From: the human T2T-CHM13v2.0 reference genome, Homo sapiens
Length of the DNA: 64,000 bases
NCBI RefSeq assembly: GCF_009914755.1
Contig: NC_060936.1
Direction: 5' to 3' (one strand)
The notes under the pieces are model-generated. The model did no database searches and was not told the origin of the DNA. It worked only from the letters and a program-made list of their open reading frames with translations. Position numbers and translations under genes: made by a program. Of this stretch, positions 54,346 to 64,000 are shown in pieces. How positions within the stretch are numbered: the first letter of the stretch is position 1; every line of letters starts with the position of its first letter.

Positions 54346-56051
54346 TTAATAGTGAAGTTAGATTCCATACTTCAAGTTCCTAAAAAGGAATAGGGAGATA
54401 TAAATGGTGCCTCTTGGAAAAGAATTGATGATAAAGGCAAAAAGATAGCTAAAGTTGGAAGTGGTCAGAAAAACATGTTTGATGTTTGGGGTTTGTATCC
54501 CTTTTTAAATAAAAGAGCTTCCAGCGTGCTTACAAGGTGAAAGGAAGGATATTTGAAGGGAAGATCAGAAAAGAGATAGATAGGTGAAGTAGCAAAATGG
54601 GATGGTACTAACAGCCAACAGCCTGGAACACAAGTGCAAGCAAGCATTTTATCCAGGGAAAAGAGTGTAACTTCTTCCTCTCAGGTGAGAGGGAAGGAAA
54701 AATATGAATACAATTATAGATAAGTGTGGATACAGAAGAGAAAAATGTGGAAATTTCAGTATTCCCTATCGAGGAAGAGTGAAGGTGAGAATGAAGAAGG
54801 TGGAGTTATATAAACACAAAGATACATATTTTGTCCTTGTATGCTTTTGGAGTTTCTTGAGTTATTTCCAGATTTCACAGTTGATAACATAAGCTTTGAA
54901 ATCAGACTTATCTGGTTCTACCAGTTATTCCTTGAATGACCTTGGACAAGTTTATTTAACTTTAAAACAAAGAGTAATATTATATACCTCCTAGGGTTCT
55001 TGTCTGGAACAAATAAGGTAAGGTACATATGAGAGCATTCAATAAATGCTACCAAACATTCTTATCATGAATCCTTCATTATAATTACATTTTAAAGAGA
55101 ATTTTCAGCTTTCAGATTCTTTCATTGCCAAATGTTAAATATAAATAAATTCATGAGAAATATTTAATTTCTATTAAACATAAATGACTTAAACACACTT
55201 GTTAAAACTTACATGATAAAGAGTTAGCATCTTAATAATATTTTATAATTGAAGGACATAATTTACAAAGCATTTCACAATATATGACTTGAAATACAGA
55301 AAAACCTCCTTAATATTAGTCCCAACATCTATTTCCTCCATTTTACTGATCTCCATTTTACAGATGAAGACATTGAAACCCATTTGTTTATTCATTTATT
55401 CAATACGTGTATATTGATGGCCTACTCACCTTAGACACTTTGCTAGGCCCTGAAACTAGCAAAAAGAAACATGATCTTTATTCATGGTCTTGCAATCTTC
55501 TGGAGGTAGATAATAGGCCATTACCAAATTATGAGTGTAAAACAACAGTTGTTATCACAACTCTGAATAAAAGCTACATAATCCTATGATAACATACAAC
55601 AAAAGAACCAAACCTTTCTTCAAAGGAGAAAAGTCTTCCTTAAGTAAGTTATATTCGAGCTCAAATCTAAAGGATAAGTGGGAATGAATTGACAAAAGGG
55701 AAAGATTAAGAGAAGGATTTTCCGGGAAGAAAGAACTTAAATATGACTAAGTCTTGAGACAGGAACTGCACATAGGAAACTGGAAGAGAGACAGTGTAGC
55801 TGAAGTCCAGGGGAGGAGTACATGATTTAAGATGAACTGACATTTGAAGGTCAAACTAGAAGACCATGTTGAGGACTTCTAAAGCAGGACCAAGTTGGGC
55901 AAATTGGCCTTTATGCTAGTAGCAACAGTAAGGCATAAATGATTCTAAGTAACAGAATATTTTGAACAGATTTGCATCTCTTAAAGATCACTCTGGTTTC
56001 TGAGTGAAGCATAGATTTGGTGAGGAAAGCAAAAATAAATGAGCTTCCATT

Positions 56052-57490
<1,439 letters not shown>

Positions 57491-57658
57491 AATAAGCTTC
57501 CTGTTAGGAAGCAATGGAAGTAGTTTAGGTGTCAGAGAATGGCAGTCATCCTCGGAAGGTGGCAGCAATGATGTAATTAAATGAACAGAATGAGAAAATG
57601 GGAGTGAAAATGGCAGAATTGAATGGAGAGGGTCTGTGAAAAAGAGATGTGTCAAGGA

Positions 57659-58034
57659 TGTATTAGTCTGTTCTCACATTGCTATAAAGAAATGCCTGAG
57701 ACTGAGTAATCTATAAAGAAAAGGGGTTTGTCTCATGGTTTTGTAGGCTATACAGGAAGCATGGTTGGGGAGGCCTCAGGAAACTTACAACCATGGTGGA
57801 AGACAAAGGGGAAGCAGGCACACCTTCACATGGCTGGGCAGGAGGAAGAGATGGGGAGAGGTACCACACACTTTAAACAACCGGATATCATTAGAACTCT
57901 ATCACTAGAACAGCACTAAAGGGGGAAATCTGCCCCCATGAGTGAATCACCTCCCACAAGGCCCTACCTCCAGCACACTGGGGATTACAATTCAACATGA
58001 GATTTGGGTGGGGACACAAATCCAAACCATATCA
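57659..58034 (-). mobile_element. MaLR solo LTR (MSTA/B)
   Basis: tgtattagtctgttctcacattgctataaag...gagatttgggtggggacacaaatccaaaccatatca. Confidence 0.88.
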
Positions 58035-58142
58035 AGGCTCAGTTCTATGTTTCTGTCTTATGTAAGTAGGTCATAATAGAAACATTCACCAACATGGGGC
58101 ACACTAGCTGACTAGCAAATTTTAGAAGAGCCTTATTGTTCA

Positions 58143-58453
58143 GGCCAGGCATAGTGGCTCACGCCTATAATCCCAACACTTTGGGAGGCCGAGGTGAGGT
58201 TGGCAGATCATCTGAGGTCAGGAGTTTGAGACCAGCCTGGCCAACATGGTGAAACCCTGTCTCTACTGAAAATACAAAAATTAGCCAGGCATGGTGGCAC
58301 AGGCCTGTAGTCCCAGCTACTCAAGAGGCTGAGGCAGGAGAATCACTTGGACCTAGGAGGTGGAGGTTGCAGTGAGCCAAGATTGCGCTACTGCACTCCA
58401 GCATGGGCAACAGAGTGAGACTCCATCTCAGAAAGAAAAAAAAAAAAAAAAAA
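58143..58453 (+). mobile_element. AluS (Sx/Sz-like)
   Basis: Dimeric Alu with poly-A tail. Confidence 0.93.
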
Positions 58454-60215
58454 GATTATTTTTCAGATTAGGATCCATTGGCTTTGAGGTGTCATGAAAT
58501 AGTTGCATTTACAGATTTGGTTGTTCAAAAAGTCTAAGCTAGAGACTCCAATTTGTTTTGTAATCATCCACAGAAGGATGTGAATTAAGTGAAAGATATA
58601 GATGAATTTGCTTAGAGAGAGGGAACATAAGGCAATAAAAGAACAGTCTCGATGTTTAAACTCAAAATTTCTATCCTTTTCAGTGCATCATGTTACTTTT
58701 ACATATAATGTTTATGTTTAGTGCATCCAAACATAATATCTACATGGTGCTTTCAGTACACTACTGGCTTTATGACAGTGACTTTTTAAGATTAGCTACA
58801 TGTAAAATCAACGTGTAATTATATAAGAGGAGCGAAATCAAGAACTGCTTTTTAATTGTAAATAGCAATTTTAATTCACTAATACAATGACCATCTAGTT
58901 AATTCCCAATTTCTATATGCAAGTCCATATACTATCCATCAGGAAATATCTCTGTATGGCTTCCATGTCTCCTTCGGTCTGAGATTCATTATTATTCCTG
59001 TTATATCATGACTGGGTCAATGTCCCAGTCCAGTTAGACAGATTACATTGCTTACTATTAAATATCTTTACTGATCCATTTAGAATGCAATAAAATAAAT
59101 AATATACCCAAGATAATCTTGTGATTTTTGTATAAGTAAATATAAAAATATCCAGTCAAAAAAATGAAAAGTCCTTGCTAGGGGTGCTGTAGAAAGCCTA
59201 ATGGCCTAGTGTTTTGGATATCTGGATGATAGTTTCAGTGACACAAACAAATGGTGTTGGGAAAACTGCTTATACTCCGAGTTTGAGTTTTTTCATCTGT
59301 ATAAGGAGATTAAACTAGGTCTCAAGTTTCTTTGGGTTCTAATATTCTGTAACCATATAAAAATCCTTGAAAGAACATGAATTATTCAGTAGATAGACAT
59401 TTACAATCATCTTAAAAAAATCCTATTCACCACTTTGCTAGAAAAAAAAATTCTTGTCACATCTGATCATTTTTAGTACTAGAAAAATAGCAAAGATATT
59501 CATATTGACATTTTTCTTCCAAGCTGATGCTGAGTGTGTCATCAGACTCAAAATCTGTTGGAGAAACAGTTCTGCACTTCTGATGATTTTCTAATTCTAA
59601 CCTGACATTGGGGCTTTTAGCTGTGAATAGCCTCATGGCATATTCTGCATGAATTCTTGCTGTGTATTCTGAAGTCTGACATTTCCATTACACTTAAATT
59701 TGATCTCAGATTTCTTTGCTTTTCAGTTTACTCAAAGTTGCTTTTTTAAAAGGTTGACATTTGTTACATCGCATTTGGCTTTCACCCATCACTTCAAAAG
59801 TTCTTTGAGTAAGATATTTTCCCTATACCCTTTTCAAACTAGAAAAGAGGAACAAGTGAAAAAAACAATAAGGGGAGAAAATCTAAAAAAGGAATAGAAG
59901 TGTTTTTTTTACTGTCAAATGGAAGAACTTGAAAAATATATTTTTCTGTTGAAATTTTATTTCATGACTCCACCGGCCCTATTGACATTTGCCTAAATCC
60001 TCTGGATATTCCTACAGTGCTCTGAGATGAGAGGGACTGTAAATGTTTGAGAAAAGAGAAGAGTAATGACGATTCCCAAGTCTGAATGTTGGTCAGATGA
60101 CTTCACAGATAATTTGAGCCCAGAGAAAACACAGGCTGAGAAACAGTCCACAAGTGCTAATTCCTTAACTTATGGCCACATAACAATGATCCATGCCAAA
60201 CTGTGCTGTGTACAT

Positions 60216-60719
60216 CAGAGGTTCTAAAAGTGAGGCCTGAAATCCCCCAAATGCTTACAGGGGTGTTACAAGGCTAAAATTATTTCCATAATAATTCTAA
60301 GATGCTATTTGCCTTTGTCACACTCATTTGCTCATGACTGTAGGGTGGGGTTTTCCAGGGGCCACATGATTTAAAATAAGGCAACAGATTTAACGTGGAA
60401 GCAGTAAGAGAATCCAGCTCTCTTTCATTAAGCCACATATTAAAGAGACTCGCAAAAATGTAAAACAATATTACTAATCTCACCAAATAGTCTTTGTTTT
60501 GGAAATATTCTTTTCAGAAATATATTATTTATGTTAACATAAAATGGGTTTATTAATGTGATTGCAAATGAATTGATAAATATTTCTTAAATGTCCTGAA
60601 TTTATTTCTAATATAATTATTGATAGATATCATTCACATAAACCAAAACTCTTTGAAGTCTTCAATAATTTTTAAGAATGTAAAAATGTCCTGATACCCA
60701 GCATTAGAAAAGGCCACTG
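60216..60719 (+). mobile_element. hAT-Charlie non-autonomous element (Charlie4a/MER80-like, ~504 bp)
   Basis: cagaggttctaaaagtg...aaaattatttccataataattctaagatgctatttgccttt...cactg; flanks GTGTACAT/TTGTACAA. Confidence 0.7.
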
Positions 60720-63045
60720 TTGTACAACAAATCCTAACCATTGGTCACTTATTACCTCCACCTTGAGCTGGAGAGTTACCTAAACACTTGGTGCTCTTCC
60801 TTCCCTGCACGTGTAAGCATTACCATTTCAACTTAATCCTTTGCTTGGCCCTCCATTTTGTGTTTTACCCTACATTGTTGGCAAGATATAGAGTTGCTAT
60901 TTCATTGAAGTTCCTTTGAAAATAATCATGAAGTTGCTTTAATTATACCTTTTCCACCTTCTGAGTTTTTAGCCATGTGTCTTTGATTCTTTTTATTAAC
61001 CCTTACAATCTTAGCCTTCATAGAGTATTTTTTTCTTTGTCTCTCAGTGTCTTCATTGGACAATGGCCCATGTTCAAGTGTAGATAATTTCTTAATGGTT
61101 AATGTACAGAGTTATATTTATCTTAGCGATGAGATCTTGTCCTTTAACAGATTCCAGAGACTCAATTGTTAGCTCAACTTGGAGGCCAATTAAATCCTGA
61201 AACAGAGAGACAGAGTGATTTGTGTTTCCTCCCTGTTAAGACACATTTGGGAAAATAAATTAAGTAACATAAAGTGCTTAGGTGAACACTTAGAGAATAA
61301 TGAACTACCTTAAAGAATTGATTATTGTACATGAATTCTTGTCAAGCCTAATTTTAAGAAGTATTTTTTTCATAATAAATGAGAATTTCTTTTGCTTTAC
61401 ATGATCTGCTTCCCAAGAAATAATGAAATTTTATTGACCTTTATCTTTTTTATATCTCAAGCCAGATGTCCATTTGTTACATTGTAATAATCCATTTTAT
61501 GATTGATTATAAGGAAGTTTCTTATAAATGTAATTAAGGTCCTAGTTGACATCAGCCTCATGAATCTCCTAGCAGTACTTTGTTTAAGTCCCATACTCAA
61601 AGTGTAATATTCACTTCAATAGTAATTAGTAGTTCCAAGGTTAGCAGAATTGCTAAAGAGTGTCTCCTGGTATGATATAAAGGAATTATATGTGCATTTT
61701 TCAAGCAAATCTAATAAAGCAGGATAACCTGGCTTGTGGAAAATTCAAAATAGGTTGTAGTTTTTCTGTTACATATGACATTTCAGTCTGTAAATATCAC
61801 ACCAAAGTCAGAGAAATAATGCGTAGCCCTCACCTCATTGAGGATCAAGTTACTGAGAATGAAATGCCAACAACTATATCCCAAAAGAGTGTTTAAATAA
61901 TTTCAGATAATATCACAGAAAAGAAATGCCAGGATTTGTGGAACATATTTGTCCATCGATCTATACCTGAGTTCAGGAGCCCTTTTTGAAAAGGTATCAA
62001 GTTAAGCATAAATTCTCCAGAGGTATTCTATGTTAGAAGAAAATTTTAAGGCAACTAAAAAGTAGAATGCTTGCTCTTTCACGCAACAATGTATACTCTT
62101 AAAAGGGCATATGATTTGAAGCTTTGTTCTAGTGTTAGTCATGAGTTCGTAATTATTCATATATATTCATTAACTAGTTGGACAAGCTTTACTTTTAAAA
62201 AGTATTATTCGTTTTCTTAGCAATTAATAAAACTTTCGTATAGAAAATTTGAAAAACTTTTTAAAACTTAGCTTAAAAAAGAAAATTAAAGTAATCTATG
62301 ACACCTCCATTCAGATATTTGGTATTAATGTTTTCATCCTTCTCATCTTTTTGTTAATCATATTGAGAGACATATACATATTTTAAAAATGGCATTATAC
62401 TACAAAAAATGGCTCTTAGTATTTTTATTTCATTAAACTTTTTTACTATTTTTAAGGAATGCATATATTCCATCACATAGTTATATCATATTTAATTTAA
62501 CTATTAATTTTTAGACATTTATATTATTCCCAATTTTGTTTGCATACACATACATATCTTCACACACGTCACTCATCATATTCTTAAAATAAATTCCCAA
62601 AAGGTAAATAGATAGATCAAAAAAAATAAGCACACTTAAATTTTGTTTTTGGTTTTGTTTTAATACATGTTGACCTATATTGCCAACAAGTATGAAAGAG
62701 CCCATGTTGCAGGAACTTCAGCAGTACTGCTGGCATCATTTTTAATGCGGCCAACACTTCCTAAAATAGTCAAATGCAAGCTATGTTCGGACATGCTTTA
62801 ATGTCAAGTTAGGCCTTAGTCACATCTCAGAATGTCATGTGGTTAGTTTTATAGCTATTTCTCTTTCAGCTTCTTCTGGAACTTCAAGCAATAGTAATAA
62901 ATAAACAGAGACATCCCTTTCCATTAAAGTGCAAAAAATTATTCCCAGCATTTGCATATATTGATACAAATACACAATTTTCCTTTTTGACTATATAGGT
63001 ACTGTATTACTAATTTTTTGTTCTCCTGTTTTTGAAAGAAAAATG

Positions 63046-63890
63046 CAGGCATACCTTACTTTATTGTGCTCTACTTTACTGTAATTCACAGATAGTGTGT
63101 TTTTACAACTGAAGATTTGTGGCTTCCTTGAGTCAAGAAAATCTATCGGTGAGGTTTTTCCAGCAGCATGTGCTTACTTTGTGTAACTATGTCCCATTTG
63201 GAAATTCTCACAATATTTCAAGTATCATTGTTATTATTATATCTGTTATGGTGATCTGTGATCAGCGATTGCTGATGTTACTATTGCAATTGTTTTGAGG
63301 CACCACAAGGTGCACCCACAGTACAGAGTGAACTTAGTCCATTAATGTTGTGTGTGTTCTGACTCTTCCACCTGCTGGCTGCTCCCTGTCTCTCTCCCTT
63401 TCCTTGGGCCTCCCTGTTCCCTGAGACCCTACAATATTGAAACTAGGCCAGTTAATAACCCTACAATGGCCTCTAAGTAGTCACGTGAAAGGAAGAGTTA
63501 TATGTCTTCCACTTTAAATCAAAAGCCTAAAACGATTAAGCATAACGTGAAAGGCATGTTGAAAGCTTAGATAGGCTAAAAGCTAGGCTTCTTGTGCCAA
63601 ACAGTTAACCAAATTGTGAATGCAAAGGAAAAGTTCTTGGAGGAAATTAGAAGTGCTATTCCAGTGAAGACAGACTGATAAGAAAGTGAAACAGTCTTAT
63701 TGCTGCAAGGGACAAAGTCGGAGTGATTTGGATATAAGATCAAATCTCACAACATTCTCTGAAGCCAAAGCCTAATCCAGAGCAAGGCCCTAACTCTCTT
63801 CAATTTCATGAAAGTTAAGAGAGATGAGGAAACTGCAGAAGAAAAGTTTGAAGCTAGCAGAGTTGGTTCATAAGGTTTAAGAAAAAAGCC
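63046..63890 (+). mobile_element. Tigger1 5' part, including the disrupted transposase start
   Basis: Begins caggcatacctt...; ATG at 63466 reads MASK*SRERKS, followed by LNQK...SEEGMLKA-like sequence. Confidence 0.88.
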
Positions 63891-64000
63891 GGGCGGGCGC
63901 AGTGGCTTATGCCTGTAATCCCAGCACTTTAGGAGGCCGAGGCGGGTGGATCATGAGGTCAGGAGTTCAAGGCCAGATGGCCAAGATGGTGAAACCCCGT
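63891..64000 (+). mobile_element. AluS (Sg-like) inserted in Tigger1, cut by the window end
   Basis: ggcgggcgcagtggcttatgcctgtaatcccagcac...gatcatgaggtcaggagttc. Confidence 0.9.

Noticed and set aside
63466-63890. Intact or domesticated Tigger transposase
   Set aside because: Stop at codon 5 (TAG), further disruptions and an Alu insertion.

Overview
This is human genomic DNA (a near-consensus AluYa5 is present) from inside the class II PI3-kinase gene PIK3C2G on the + strand. Five GT-AG coding exons (10716-10838, 19102-19233, 29688-29802, 39044-39174, 47581-47769) splice in frame and encode the C2 domain through the start of the helical/PIK domain. The rest is intron, dominated by transposable elements: a two-LTR non-autonomous ERV1 provirus (HUERS-P/LTR1-like, tRNA-Pro PBS), a full MST MaLR element, solo MaLR LTRs, old and primate-specific L1s (one 5'-inverted), L2/MIR, about 12 Alus, MER2, MER5A, MER20, a Charlie element and Tigger1. 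The most unusual structure is a chimeric retro-insertion at ~6196-7100 inside an old L1: a 3'-truncated, tail-less NDFIP1 processed pseudogene fused to two 28S rRNA pieces that lie in circularly permuted order. Also notable are a 30-bp palindrome-rich VNTR (21+ copies) whose internal units carry CpGs absent from both terminal units, and splice features around the exons (a symmetric 123-nt cassette exon, an in-frame cryptic donor, and a (TG)7 tract at an acceptor). Gene and repeat-family assignments come from recall of known sequences, not database searches. Boundaries of old repeats are approximate.
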